Shown: positions 28,397 to 38,045 of the stretch, piece after piece
Numbering within the stretch: the first letter of the stretch is position 1
Layout of the letters: the number at the start of each line of letters is the position of its first letter
Source: Candidatus Hydrogenedentes bacterium UBA6118
GTDB lineage: Bacteria > Hydrogenedentota > Hydrogenedentia > Hydrogenedentales > SLHB01
Assembly (NCBI GenBank): GCA_002422525.1
Contig: DIWA01000015.1
Location: 33,797 to 97,796, forward strand
DNA: 64,000 nt
Direction of reading: 5' to 3'
Notes under the pieces: generated by a model
Databases searched by the model: none
Told to the model about the DNA's origin: nothing
What the model saw: the letters and a program-made list of their open reading frames with translations, nothing else
Made by a program: the position numbers and the translations under genes

Positions 28397-30772
28397 GTGA
28401 GAACGAGAATCTGGCACGTGATGCTGGTGGGCCTGTGTGGGATCGCCCTGCTGTTCGCAGCGCCCGGGGCCGAGGCGTTCTTCCCCCTGGGCGTGTTCCT
28501 GACGGATCTGGAATACGGGGATCCGTTGCGCATCCCGCTGTGGACGCTGAACTACATGGACACGAACGGGGACCGGGACGTGTCCGGAGCGAACGAGGGC
28601 ATCCCGATCACGTTCCAGGGCGGCGATGACGGATGGACCGTGCAGGAGATGCAGGCCCTGCAGGATGGGTTCGAGGTATGGGAGCGCGTGCCGTCTTCGT
28701 TCCTCGCCTTCCAGTACACCCAGCCGGTGGAGCAGGCGCTCGAGACGTCGGATGACTTGGGGTCGATCGACTTCTTCAACTACGTGGCGAATGACGCGGG
28801 CGGCGCGCTGGTTCCGGCGGGGTTCGCCGGGATCACGTTCATCTCGTATGTGGCCGAGAGCGGTTTCTTCACATACAACGGCCAGGCGATCGAGGTGACG
28901 GGGCCGCAGATCCTGGATGCGGATATCGCGATCTACGGGGATGTGATTCAGACCAGCCGCGACATTGATTTCTCGAATGCCACGGACCAGTTCGATGCGG
29001 GGGTGCCGCTGTCGGGTCTGGTGGTTCAGTTGGCGGGGATGATGGCGGGGCTTGGCCAGAGTCCGATGACCAATACCGATGAAGTGCAGGTGCAGACGGC
29101 GGGCGGCGAGCTGACGCTGCTCGTGGATCCGCTGGTGTACGCGGACCGGGTGTTCTCGGGGAACCTGCAGATGGTGGGCGTGACGCCGAGCATGTACCCG
29201 AATCTGGTGTACACGGACCTCGGGAATGACATCTACCGGCTGGCGTGGGAGGACCTCGCGCCGGACGACATCGCGGGGATCACGTTCCTGTATCCGCGGG
29301 GCGACTTGTCGAACTTCTTCACGGTGCAGCAGGAAGCGCGGTACGCGTCGCGGGCCGGGTTCCCGACGGCGCCGATCGCGGGCGGGTTCATCGAGGCCTG
29401 GTGTGACGTGGACGACAACGCGAACACGCCGCGCGTACCGATGTTCAGCACGCTGACGGGGATGTATGAGAACCAGGCGCAGTTCTCCGGGTTCTTCCGA
29501 CTGTACAACCTGTTCCGGCAGATCGAGTCGCCGACGGCCGTGCCGTTCACCGCGTCGTATACGCTTACGCTGAGCGAGCTGGAGCCGCCGGAGGGGTTCA
29601 CGGCGGACTTCTTCGACTCGCTGCACAACGGGCTGTACGCGGGCGGCGGCGGGTTTGCGTTCTCGACGAACTACCCGCATCAGACGTTCCTGGAAGGCGG
29701 CGAGAATATCATGAGCCGGGACCGGCATGATGAGGGCACGCCGCTGATGTACGATCCGGTGCGCGCGGAAGTGGTGAGCGCGGTGTCGGGGCGCACGCTC
29801 GATCAGATGCTGCCGGGAACGCGGCCGATGTTCGGCGAGTCGGATGCGCAGAACGTGTGTCCGTTGACGCTCGCGGCGCGGCTGGCGAAGACGCAGAACG
29901 GTCCGCGGCTGTTGCGGCAGTTCCGCGACGACGTGTTGCTGACGAATGCGCTGGGCGCGGCCGCGGCGGACGCCTACTACCGGATGGCGCCGACGATGAG
30001 CGCGTTCCTGATGGAGTACCCGATTGCGATGAGGACGGCGCAGGCGATGGCGGAGCTGACGGAATGGGGCATCGCGCATGCGCGGATGCTCGCGGCGCTG
30101 TTGTTGGCGGCGATCGGCGCGGCCTTCGCGATGCGGCGGCGGGTCGTACGCGCGGGCGTCGCGGCGGGATTGATCCTTGCTGCCGCGATCGTGTTCGCGG
30201 GCGGCACGGCGGACGCGCAGGCGATCGACTATTCGATCGAGAAGGCGGTCTCGCTGAGCGATGACATTCTGACCGGTGAAGTGACGTCGCTGCAGTGCCG
30301 GATGAACGACAACGGGCAGATCATCACGGACGTCTCGATCGAGATCGAGGACACGATGAAGGGCGCGTTGAATCGTACGGGGACGCTGCATTTCAGCCAG
30401 ATTGGCGGCGAAGTGAACGGCGTCACGACGTATGTACCGCAGTATCCGCGCTGGCGGCAGGGCGAGGAGGTCGTCGTGCTGATGAAGCGGAACGCGGTGT
30501 TCGGCCACATGGCGGTGTACGGCGTCGGCGGGAAGTTCGAGGTGAAGACGGACGAGGAGACGGGCAAGAAGTACGTCGTGGGTTCGACGGCGCTGGCGAA
30601 GCTGGGCCTGGATAGAGCGCGGCCGACGATAGAGAAGCGTGACGGAGCCGAGGCGTCGGAAGACGGCCCGGCGCAGGGCGTGGACCTGGACGCGTTCAAG
30701 GCGTATCTGGAGTCCGTGGCGGCGGAGCAGGCCGCGAACGAGGAGGCGGCGCGGACGGTGTCCGACGAGTAG
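28397..30772 (+). CDS. large secreted protein (791-aa ORF) with internal copy of the C-terminal sorting-like module, then an in-frame second signal-peptide-like segment and a 190-aa domain
   Basis: GTG at 28397 follows GAGGAG by 7 nt. Signal peptide VRTRIWHVMLVGLCGIALLFAAPGAEA. The module CPLTLAARLAKTQNGPRLLRQFRDDVLL...DAYYRMAP spans aa 488-578 and ends in TM MLAALLLAAIGAAFA plus MRRR. Then VVRAGVAAGLILAAAIVFAGGTADAQA and a soluble domain follow to the stop at 30770-30772. Confidence 0.65.
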   Translation: MRTRIWHVMLVGLCGIALLFAAPGAEAFFPLGVFLTDLEYGDPLRIPLWTLNYMDTNGDRDVSGANEGIPITFQGGDDGWTVQEMQALQDGFEVWERVPSSFLAFQYTQPVEQALETSDDLGSIDFFNYVANDAGGALVPAGFAGITFISYVAESGFFTYNGQAIEVTGPQILDADIAIYGDVIQTSRDIDFSNATDQFDAGVPLSGLVVQLAGMMAGLGQSPMTNTDEVQVQTAGGELTLLVDPLVYADRVFSGNLQMVGVTPSMYPNLVYTDLGNDIYRLAWEDLAPDDIAGITFLYPRGDLSNFFTVQQEARYASRAGFPTAPIAGGFIEAWCDVDDNANTPRVPMFSTLTGMYENQAQFSGFFRLYNLFRQIESPTAVPFTASYTLTLSELEPPEGFTADFFDSLHNGLYAGGGGFAFSTNYPHQTFLEGGENIMSRDRHDEGTPLMYDPVRAEVVSAVSGRTLDQMLPGTRPMFGESDAQNVCPLTLAARLAKTQNGPRLLRQFRDDVLLTNALGAAAADAYYRMAPTMSAFLMEYPIAMRTAQAMAELTEWGIAHARMLAALLLAAIGAAFAMRRRVVRAGVAAGLILAAAIVFAGGTADAQAIDYSIEKAVSLSDDILTGEVTSLQCRMNDNGQIITDVSIEIEDTMKGALNRTGTLHFSQIGGEVNGVTTYVPQYPRWRQGEEVVVLMKRNAVFGHMAVYGVGGKFEVKTDEETGKKYVVGSTALAKLGLDRARPTIEKRDGAEASEDGPAQGVDLDAFKAYLESVAAEQAANEEAARTVSDE
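29858..30142 (+). other. C-terminal conserved module (copy 2), located internally in the 791-aa ORF
   Basis: Same Cys / [FL]RxFRDDVLL / G / YY..AP / hydrophobic helix / RRR order as copy 1. Confidence 0.6.
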
Positions 30773-30823
30773 GGCGGACGTCGGTGCGGCGGCCGAGTCG
30801 AACGAGCTGGTAAGTAGTTGATC

Positions 30824-30866
30824 GCGGCGGTCTCAGGGGTTCTGGGGCCGCCGCGTTGTGTGTGTG
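30824..30866 (+). terminator. GC-rich hairpin followed by a (TG)5 / U-G-rich tract
   Basis: GCGGCGG (30824-30830) pairs with CCGCCGC (30848-30854), then GTTGTGTGTGTG. It lies 50 nt after the stop of the 791-aa ORF. Confidence 0.35.
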
Positions 30867-31121
30867 CGGGGGCGGGGGGAGCGCGGGGTTTTGTAGCGCG
30901 TCGCGGCGAAGGGATACACTGGCAACCGCGCCCGTAACCCGAACGGCGTCAACCGCGTGCGGGCAGGGCGCGTTCCCGAAGCGGGTGATCATCCCGGGGG
31001 CGATTCGGCGCATGCGTGGGTCTGCCGCCGAGCGCGTAGCGCGCGGCCGGGATGGAGTGCGCCGACGCAGGCGACGGGGTGTCGTTTGCGGCGTACCTTG
31101 GCTGGAGTTATCGACGAAATC

Positions 31122-32030
31122 ATGTTGCGCGGTCTGCTTATCCGACAGGCGTTGATCGCGACGGACTTGGTCTTGGCGGGACTGGTCGTCGTGATGGCGT
31201 ACTTTGTGATGGCGCGGATCCTTGGGGATGACGCGGTGACGGCGGCGCCTGTGGAGCGGGTTGAGACCTCGACGGATGTGGGCGTGTTGCGCAAGCCGGC
31301 GGAACGCGGGGACTACGACGGGATCATCGCAGGCAATCTCTACGGTCCGGCGGCGGACGTGACGCGCGAAGATCCGGTGGAGGAGGCGGTGGTCGAGGAG
31401 CAGCCGTTGCGCCCGACGACGCTGCCGCTGAAGCTGTACGGGACGCTCGCGCTGGATCCCGAGGATCCGCTGGCGACGGCGGTGATCGAGGATGTGACGA
31501 CGCGCGTGAAGCAGACGTACTATCTGAACCAGCCGGTGAAGGATGGGTACGTGCTGCGCGAGGTGCACAAGCGCCGGGTCGTGTTGTACAACGAGTCGAC
31601 CGGGGCTCTGGAGGAGCTGGCGCAGGAGGACTTGCAGGTGGCGGCGTCCGAGACGCGGAGCGCGGCGAGTGCGCGGCCCGCGGGACGGAGTCCGGCCGGG
31701 GCGAACCAGGTGGTGGTGAACCGGCTCGACACGCAGCGCGAGCTGGAGTCAATGAACTTCGCGGAGTTCTACGCGCAGGTGAGTCCGCAGCTTGTGCGGG
31801 ACGAGGCGGGGAACGTGAAGGGCATCACGTCGCCGAATATCGACAAGGTGCCGCTGGCGCAGCGGTTCGGGTTCCAGAGCGGGGACGTCGTCAAGAAGAT
31901 CAACGGGGTGCAGATCGACAGCGAACAACGTGCGCTGGAAGTGATCAACCGTTTTCAGAATTCGAGCAGCCACTGGCTGACGATAGAGCGGAATGGCCGA
32001 GAACAGACACTCGTCGTGCGGGTGGAGTGA
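31122..32030 (+). CDS. GspC-like T2SS inner-membrane protein with C-terminal PDZ domain
   Basis: ATG at 31122. N-terminal TM LIATDLVLAGLVVVMAYFVMA. C-terminal PDZ-like segment VKGITSPNIDKVPLAQRFGFQSGDVVKKINGVQIDS. It sits immediately upstream of the secretin gene. Confidence 0.5.
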   Translation: MLRGLLIRQALIATDLVLAGLVVVMAYFVMARILGDDAVTAAPVERVETSTDVGVLRKPAERGDYDGIIAGNLYGPAADVTREDPVEEAVVEEQPLRPTTLPLKLYGTLALDPEDPLATAVIEDVTTRVKQTYYLNQPVKDGYVLREVHKRRVVLYNESTGALEELAQEDLQVAASETRSAASARPAGRSPAGANQVVVNRLDTQRELESMNFAEFYAQVSPQLVRDEAGNVKGITSPNIDKVPLAQRFGFQSGDVVKKINGVQIDSEQRALEVINRFQNSSSHWLTIERNGREQTLVVRVE

Positions 32031-32043
32031 CTGGGGACGTGGA

Positions 32044-34542
32044 ATGCTGAACTATCGAGATCCGTATGCGTGGGCGCGACGCGCGAGGAGGATCGGGCGG
32101 CGGACCGGCGTCGGGCTTGTCGCGGTCGCGACCGCGTTGGCGTTGACGGCGGGATGGGTTGCGTGGGTTCCGGCGGAGCGCGCCTGGGCGCAGGACGACG
32201 AACCGTACTACGAGGAGGAGTACATCGAGCCGGATCCGCAGGCGGAGGTGGACGAGGGGGCGGAGTACGAGGAGTACGTCGAGGAGGAGGAGCCTGTGTT
32301 GCGGCCTGTGGCGCCGCAACGGCCGGCGCCGCCGGCGCGCCCGCAGCCGATCCGGCCTTCGCGCGTACAACCGACCCAGGTGCGGCCTGGGACGACCCCG
32401 GCGGCCCCGGGGGCCGCGGCGGAGCCGAACCCGTACCGACCGAAAGAAGGGGCGGCGGCGACGGAGCCGGTGAGCATCGACTATGAGGGGGTGGAGCTGC
32501 AGGAGATCGTGAAGGCGATCGGCGCGGCGACCGGACGGAACTTTCTGCTCGACCCGCAGATCGGCGCGATCCCCGTGACGTTGATCTCGCACGCTCCGGT
32601 TCCCGCGAACATGCTGCTGGACGTGCTGCAGGCGGTGCTCGTCACGCACGGCTTCACGATGCGCGACACGCTGGACGGGAAGCTGATCAAGATTCGACCG
32701 ATTGACGAGGAGGGCGAGAATGCGCCGCTGGTGGTCGGGTCGACGGAGTCGACGGCGCGGTATGACGATTTCGTGACGCACATCGTGCCGGTGCGGTATG
32801 CGTCGGCCGAGGAGCTTGCGCGCCTGCTGCCGCGGCTCGGATCGCGGACGGCGACGGTGGACGCCTACGGGCCGACGAACACGCTGATCCTGTCGGACAA
32901 TGCGCGGGGCATTGAGAACATGCTGACGTTCCTCGCCGAGATTGACGTGCCCGGGTCGGAAGTGGTCATGGAGACGTTCACGCTGGATTACGCGCGGGCG
33001 GAAGTGGTGGCGGAGCAGATCCGGGAAGTGTTGATGGGCGACGAGGGCGTCGCAGGGGATCGGGCGGCAGCGGTGGCTCGGGCGCGGGCCCCGCAACCGG
33101 TGCGGCCGACGGTGCGGACGCCGGTGAGCGCGCAGGCGCAGCAGACGATCATCGGATCCGAGGAGCCGGTGTTGCAGATCGTGGCGGTGGATCGGCTGAA
33201 CATGCTGATCGTGCGGGCGAACGAGTCGCTGATGCAGCAGGTGCGATCGCTGGTGGATCGGCTGGACGTGCAGACGCCGATCGAGGCGAACAACCTGCAC
33301 GTGTATCCGTTGCTGAACGCGGACGCGGAGTCGGTGGCGGAGAAGCTGAACGCGGTGATCGGGCTGACGCCGCGGGCGGCGTCGGACCAGGGAGGGGGCG
33401 ACGCGCAGGCGGCGATCACCGAGGTGCAGCCGTTCGAGAAGAAGGTGCTGGTCGAGGCGTATCCGGAGACGAAGTCGCTGTTGGTCGTTGCGGCGCCGCA
33501 GGACTACGAGGTGATCAAGGAGCTGATCGCGCAGTTGGATGTGGCGCGACGTCAGGTGCACATCGAAGCGTTGATCATGGAGGTCAACATCCAGGATCGC
33601 TACCAGCTCGGGGTTGAGCTGAGCTCGTTGAGCGCGGAAGACGGATTCGCGCTGAATAACGTGATCTCGTTGGCGAACATCATGGCGAACGGGCCGCTGG
33701 CGGGCGTGGGCGGATCGGACAGTCCGGTGTTGACGACCGGCGTGCTGGACGGCGTGGTGTATCTGCCGGTGGCGGGCGAGGACGGCGCATTGACGCTGCA
33801 GGCGTTCCCAAAGATCCCGCTGTTGCTGACGGCGCTGGACTCAATCACGGACCTGGACGTGTTGTCGCAGCCGTTGCTGACGACGGTGGACAACGAGGAA
33901 GGGAAGGTGACGATCGGTCAGGAGGTGCCGGTGACAACGGGGACGCAGTCCTCGCTGAACCAGAGCGCGTCGAACAGCAGCGTTTACAGCCGGATCGAGC
34001 GCAAGGACGTCGGCATCAAGATGACGGTGCAGCCGCAGATCAGCGAGGGCGACAACATCTTCCTGGAGCTGGAGGTGGAAGTGTCGCAGCCGATCCAGAG
34101 CTCGGTGGGGGCGGATCCGAACATTGTGGGCCCGACGTTCTCGAAGTCGAACATCCAGACGCCGCTGATCGTGCGCGATGGATCGACGGCGGTTGTGGGC
34201 GGTCTGATCAGCGAGAGCATCGATCGGTCGACGCGACAGACGCCGTATTTCGGCGATGTGCCGGTGGTCGGGTGGCTGTTTCGGCGGAAGAACGACCAAC
34301 GGAGCAAGCGCAACCTCGTGGTGTTGGTGACCCCGCACGTGATCAAGGAGGGGGTCGACACGGACCGGATCACGGACTACCGACTGGACGAGTTCGGAGA
34401 GGCGAATGCGGATGTCGTGTTTGAGCAAGGGTTTGTGGAACGGATCCGGCGACGTCACGAGACGCGCACGCAGCACCATCCGAGCGGGTCGCGCGTGGAG
34501 CGTCTGCGCACAAACGAGTTTGATCGAGGGGAACTGCGGTAG
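32044..34542 (+). CDS. gspD: type II secretion system secretin GspD
   Basis: About 830 aa. Signal peptide RRIGRRTGVGLVAVATALALTAGWVAWVPAERAWA, a long Pro/Ala-rich linker, N0-N3 secretin-N domains, and the C-terminal secretin domain (VVGGLISESIDRSTRQTPYFGDVPVVGWLFRRKNDQRSKRNLVVLVTPHVI). Confidence 0.85.
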   Translation: MLNYRDPYAWARRARRIGRRTGVGLVAVATALALTAGWVAWVPAERAWAQDDEPYYEEEYIEPDPQAEVDEGAEYEEYVEEEEPVLRPVAPQRPAPPARPQPIRPSRVQPTQVRPGTTPAAPGAAAEPNPYRPKEGAAATEPVSIDYEGVELQEIVKAIGAATGRNFLLDPQIGAIPVTLISHAPVPANMLLDVLQAVLVTHGFTMRDTLDGKLIKIRPIDEEGENAPLVVGSTESTARYDDFVTHIVPVRYASAEELARLLPRLGSRTATVDAYGPTNTLILSDNARGIENMLTFLAEIDVPGSEVVMETFTLDYARAEVVAEQIREVLMGDEGVAGDRAAAVARARAPQPVRPTVRTPVSAQAQQTIIGSEEPVLQIVAVDRLNMLIVRANESLMQQVRSLVDRLDVQTPIEANNLHVYPLLNADAESVAEKLNAVIGLTPRAASDQGGGDAQAAITEVQPFEKKVLVEAYPETKSLLVVAAPQDYEVIKELIAQLDVARRQVHIEALIMEVNIQDRYQLGVELSSLSAEDGFALNNVISLANIMANGPLAGVGGSDSPVLTTGVLDGVVYLPVAGEDGALTLQAFPKIPLLLTALDSITDLDVLSQPLLTTVDNEEGKVTIGQEVPVTTGTQSSLNQSASNSSVYSRIERKDVGIKMTVQPQISEGDNIFLELEVEVSQPIQSSVGADPNIVGPTFSKSNIQTPLIVRDGSTAVVGGLISESIDRSTRQTPYFGDVPVVGWLFRRKNDQRSKRNLVVLVTPHVIKEGVDTDRITDYRLDEFGEANADVVFEQGFVERIRRRHETRTQHHPSGSRVERLRTNEFDRGELR

Positions 34543-34547
34543 CCGCC

Positions 34548-36302
34548 ATGGTTGAGATGGCCGAGAGCCGGATCTGCGAGATTCTCGTGCGTAACGGCCG
34601 CCTGCATCCGGAGCAGGTGGACGAGGCGCTTGAGCTGCAGAAGATCCGCCCGAAGCGGATCGGCGAGCTGCTGTTGGATCTCGGGTATATCGAAGAGGAT
34701 GAGCTGTTGGAAGCGCTGAGCGAGCAGTTCGGGATCCCGTTCGAGACGGGGATTCGCGAGCAGCTCGACTCGTCGCTGACGACGCGGGCGCCGATCGGGT
34801 TCATCCGCGAGTACCACATGGTGCCGCTGCGCAAGAACGGCTCGGCGTACTACGTGGCGCTGAACGATCCGGCGAACCTGCCGTTGCTGGACGATCTGCG
34901 GCTGCTGTTGGGCGGGCCGGTGACGCCGGTGCTGTGTCGTCGGGAAGATATCCAGGCGGTGATCGACGGGTACTTTGACCAGCAGGGCGAGAACGCGGCG
35001 GACATGCTGGACAGCATCGTGCTGGACGAGCATGACGACGATGAGCCGGGGTCGATCGACCTGATGGACGGCGATCGCGACCTGCTGGACCTGGCGAACG
35101 AAGCGCCGATCATCAAGCTGATCAACCTGCTGATCTCGGGGGCGGTGCGCGAGCGCGCGTCGGACATTCACATCGAGCCGTTCGAGCGCGAGGTGAAGGT
35201 GCGGTATCGCATCGACGGCGTGCTCTACGACAAGTTCAACGTGCCGAAGTCGCAACAGGCGGCGGTGGTGTCGCGCATCAAGATCATGGCGCGGCTGAAC
35301 ATCGCGGAGCATCGGCTTCCGCAGGACGGGCGCATCAAGATCCGGCTGAGCGGGAAGGAGATCGACATTCGCGTGTCGGTGATCCCGATTCAGCACGGCG
35401 AGCGCGTGGTGATGCGTATCCTGGAGAAGGGCAGCTTCCTTTTCGGGCTCGAAGAGCTGGGGATGGCGCGACAGGACTACGAGCTGGTCGACAAGCTGTT
35501 GCGGAGCCCGCACGGGATCATGCTGGTGACGGGCCCGACGGGCTCGGGAAAATCGACGACGCTATACGCCTGTCTGCAGCGGGTGCTGTCGCCGGATATC
35601 AATGTGATCACGGTCGAGGACCCGGTCGAGTATCAGATGTCGGGGGTGGGCCAGATTGAGGTGAAGCCGAAGATCGGGCTGACCTTCGCGCACGCGCTGC
35701 GGAGCATTCTGCGGCAGGACCCCGATGTGATTCTGGTGGGCGAGATTCGCGATCTCGAGACGGCCGACATGGCGGTGCACGCATCGCTGACGGGGCACCT
35801 GGTGTTCTCGACGCTCCACACGAACGACAGCGCGGGGGCGATCACGCGGCTGGTGAACATGGGGATCGAGCCGTTCCTGGTGACGTCGTCGACGATTGCG
35901 ATCATGGCGCAACGGCTTGTGCGGAACATCTGCCCGGACTGCAGGGAAGCGTACGAGCCGGATCTCGAGAGTCTGCTTGAGCTCGGGCTGACCGAGGAGC
36001 AGGCGCGGGGCAAGTCGGCGTATCGGGGGCGGGGCTGCGCGAAGTGCCAGAACCGGGGCTATTACGGCCGGACGGGGATCTTCGAGCTGCTGGTGATGAC
36101 GCCGCGCGTACAGAATCTGGCGTTGCGGGGGGCGGACTCGAACCAGATCAAGCGCGAGGCGAAGAAGTATGGCATGCGCACGCTGCGCGAGGACGGGGCG
36201 GCCAAGGTGATGCGCGGCGTTTCGACCATCGAGGAGGTGTTGCGGGTGACGCGCGACGATATCCTCGAGGAGCTTCCGGAGCCGGGCGATGGCGGTCTAT
36301 GA
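34548..36302 (+). CDS. gspE: T2SS ATPase GspE
   Basis: N-terminal T2SE_N domain. Walker A GPTGSGKSTT, Asp box, Walker B ILVGEIRD. Tetracysteine motif CPDC...CAKC. Confidence 0.9.
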   Translation: MVEMAESRICEILVRNGRLHPEQVDEALELQKIRPKRIGELLLDLGYIEEDELLEALSEQFGIPFETGIREQLDSSLTTRAPIGFIREYHMVPLRKNGSAYYVALNDPANLPLLDDLRLLLGGPVTPVLCRREDIQAVIDGYFDQQGENAADMLDSIVLDEHDDDEPGSIDLMDGDRDLLDLANEAPIIKLINLLISGAVRERASDIHIEPFEREVKVRYRIDGVLYDKFNVPKSQQAAVVSRIKIMARLNIAEHRLPQDGRIKIRLSGKEIDIRVSVIPIQHGERVVMRILEKGSFLFGLEELGMARQDYELVDKLLRSPHGIMLVTGPTGSGKSTTLYACLQRVLSPDINVITVEDPVEYQMSGVGQIEVKPKIGLTFAHALRSILRQDPDVILVGEIRDLETADMAVHASLTGHLVFSTLHTNDSAGAITRLVNMGIEPFLVTSSTIAIMAQRLVRNICPDCREAYEPDLESLLELGLTEEQARGKSAYRGRGCAKCQNRGYYGRTGIFELLVMTPRVQNLALRGADSNQIKREAKKYGMRTLREDGAAKVMRGVSTIEEVLRVTRDDILEELPEPGDGGL

Positions 36303-37539
36303 ATACCAGGCCATAGCGCGGAGCTCGGGCAAGCGGGTGAAGGGCGTGATCGACGCCGACTCGCCTGCGGCGGCGCGACGCAAACTGCGCGAACAGGACA
36401 TGATGCCGACGGCGGTATCGGAGTCGTTCGGCGGCGGCGGGGCGAAGCCGGCGGGGCGTGCGAGGTCGGCGAACGGGTCGGGCAAGGCGCCGGCGGGGGG
36501 ATTCGGGCGCGTTCCGCAGCACGAAGTGTCTGTGATGACGCGGCAGATGGCGGTGTTGTTGCAGGCGGGGATGCCGTTGGTCGAGGCGCTGTCGGCGCTG
36601 ATCGAGCAGACGGCGAACGTGCGGCTGAAGAAGATCATTTACGACATTCGCGACCGGGTGAACACGGGCGCGCGGATGGCGGATGCGCTGGGCGCGCACC
36701 GGCGGGTGTTCTCCGAGTTGTACATCAACATGGTCGGCGCGGGCGAGGCCAGCGGGGCGTTGGAGCAGGTGCTGTTCCGGCTGGCGGACATGCAGGAGCG
36801 ACAGGTGCGGCTGTCGCGGCGGCTCCGCAGCACGATGATGTATCCGGCGTTCATGGCGGTCGTGGGCGTGAGCGTGGTCTCGTTCATGATGGTGGTGATC
36901 GTGCCGAAGATCACGGCGCTCTTCGACAAGCAAGGGCGGGAACTGCCGGCGATCACCGATTTCCTGATCGGCGTGTCTCGGTTTGTCGGGAACTACTGGC
37001 CGGCGTTGGTCCTGGCGGTGGTCGGGTCGTTTGCGTTGTGGCGGATGTGGGTGCGACGTCCGGCGGGGCGCCTGCAGTGGGACCGGCTGAAACTGCGCGC
37101 GCCGCTGTATGGGCCGTTGTACGTGAAGATCATCAGCGGCCGCATCGCGCGGACGCTGGGCACGATGCTGAGCAGCGGGCTGACGATGATGACGGCGCTC
37201 GAAGTGGTGAAGTCCGTCGTAGGCAACGCAGTGATTGAGTCCTCGATGGAGGACGTGAAGGCGAACGTACGGCGCGGCAAGGACCTCGCGGTGCCGCTGC
37301 GGGAGATGGGGGTGTTCCCGTCGATGATGCTGAGCATGATCGAGCTGGGACAACGCAGCGGCGAACTCGAAGGGATGCTGCTCAAGGTGGCGGACACCTA
37401 CGACGACGAAGTGGAGATGAGCGTAGACGGTCTGGTGAGTCTGCTCGAACCGGCGATGATCGTGGTGATGGCGCTGATCGTCGGGTTCCTGGTAATCGCG
37501 ATCCTGCTGCCGATCATGGACATGAGCAGCGGATTCTGA
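36289..37539 (+). CDS. gspF: T2SS inner-membrane platform protein GspF
   Basis: 416 aa with a duplicated GspF/PilC domain (two copies of the conserved periplasm-facing loop) and three TM segments. Its start overlaps the gspE stop. Confidence 0.9.
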   Translation: MAVYEYQAIARSSGKRVKGVIDADSPAAARRKLREQDMMPTAVSESFGGGGAKPAGRARSANGSGKAPAGGFGRVPQHEVSVMTRQMAVLLQAGMPLVEALSALIEQTANVRLKKIIYDIRDRVNTGARMADALGAHRRVFSELYINMVGAGEASGALEQVLFRLADMQERQVRLSRRLRSTMMYPAFMAVVGVSVVSFMMVVIVPKITALFDKQGRELPAITDFLIGVSRFVGNYWPALVLAVVGSFALWRMWVRRPAGRLQWDRLKLRAPLYGPLYVKIISGRIARTLGTMLSSGLTMMTALEVVKSVVGNAVIESSMEDVKANVRRGKDLAVPLREMGVFPSMMLSMIELGQRSGELEGMLLKVADTYDDEVEMSVDGLVSLLEPAMIVVMALIVGFLVIAILLPIMDMSSGF

Positions 37540-37585
37540 CGGCTTGGCCGCGACGCGCGGGCCAAGGGAAAAAGAGAGGTAACGC

Positions 37586-38026
37586 ATGGAGAACCGAAAA
37601 CGGCGAAGCGGATCGGGGATCTCGGGTTTCACCCTGGTCGAGCTGATGGTGGTGATCGTGATCATCGGGCTGCTGGCGGCGTTGGTGGTGCCGAAGTTCG
37701 TGGCCCGCACCGACGATGCCAAGGTGGCCGCGGCGAAGGCGCAGATCCACTCGCTGAAGCAGGCGCTCGAGATGTTCAAGCTGAAGACGGGGAGCTATCC
37801 GTCGACCAGCGAGGGGCTCGAAGCGTTGGTCAATAACGAGTATGAGAACTTCCTCGAGCAGGACGTGATCCCGCTCGACCCCTGGAACAACCCCTATGTG
37901 TATGCGTCGCCGGGCAGCGAGGGGCACGACTTCGAGATCATCTCCTATGGCGAGGACGGGGCGCCGGGCGGTACGGACTTCGCGGCGGACATCGTGAGCT
38001 ACAACCTGCAGGGCACTCGGAACTGA
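37586..38026 (+). CDS. gspG: T2SS major pseudopilin GspG
   Basis: Prepilin leader plus N-methylation site GFTLVELMVVIVIIGLLAALVVP. The GspG core (AKAQIHSLKQALEMFKLKTGSYP) has the conserved pseudopilin C-terminal residues. Confidence 0.9.
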   Translation: MENRKRRSGSGISGFTLVELMVVIVIIGLLAALVVPKFVARTDDAKVAAAKAQIHSLKQALEMFKLKTGSYPSTSEGLEALVNNEYENFLEQDVIPLDPWNNPYVYASPGSEGHDFEIISYGEDGAPGGTDFAADIVSYNLQGTRN

Positions 38027-38045
38027 CGACCGCGCGAGGCGGGCC

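Noticed and set aside
30855-30866. (TG)5 microsatellite, possible CRISPR-like or phase-variation repeat
   Set aside because: It is a single short dinucleotide run next to a hairpin. There are no repeat-spacer periodicities anywhere in the window, so it is not a CRISPR array. It sits outside any reading frame.
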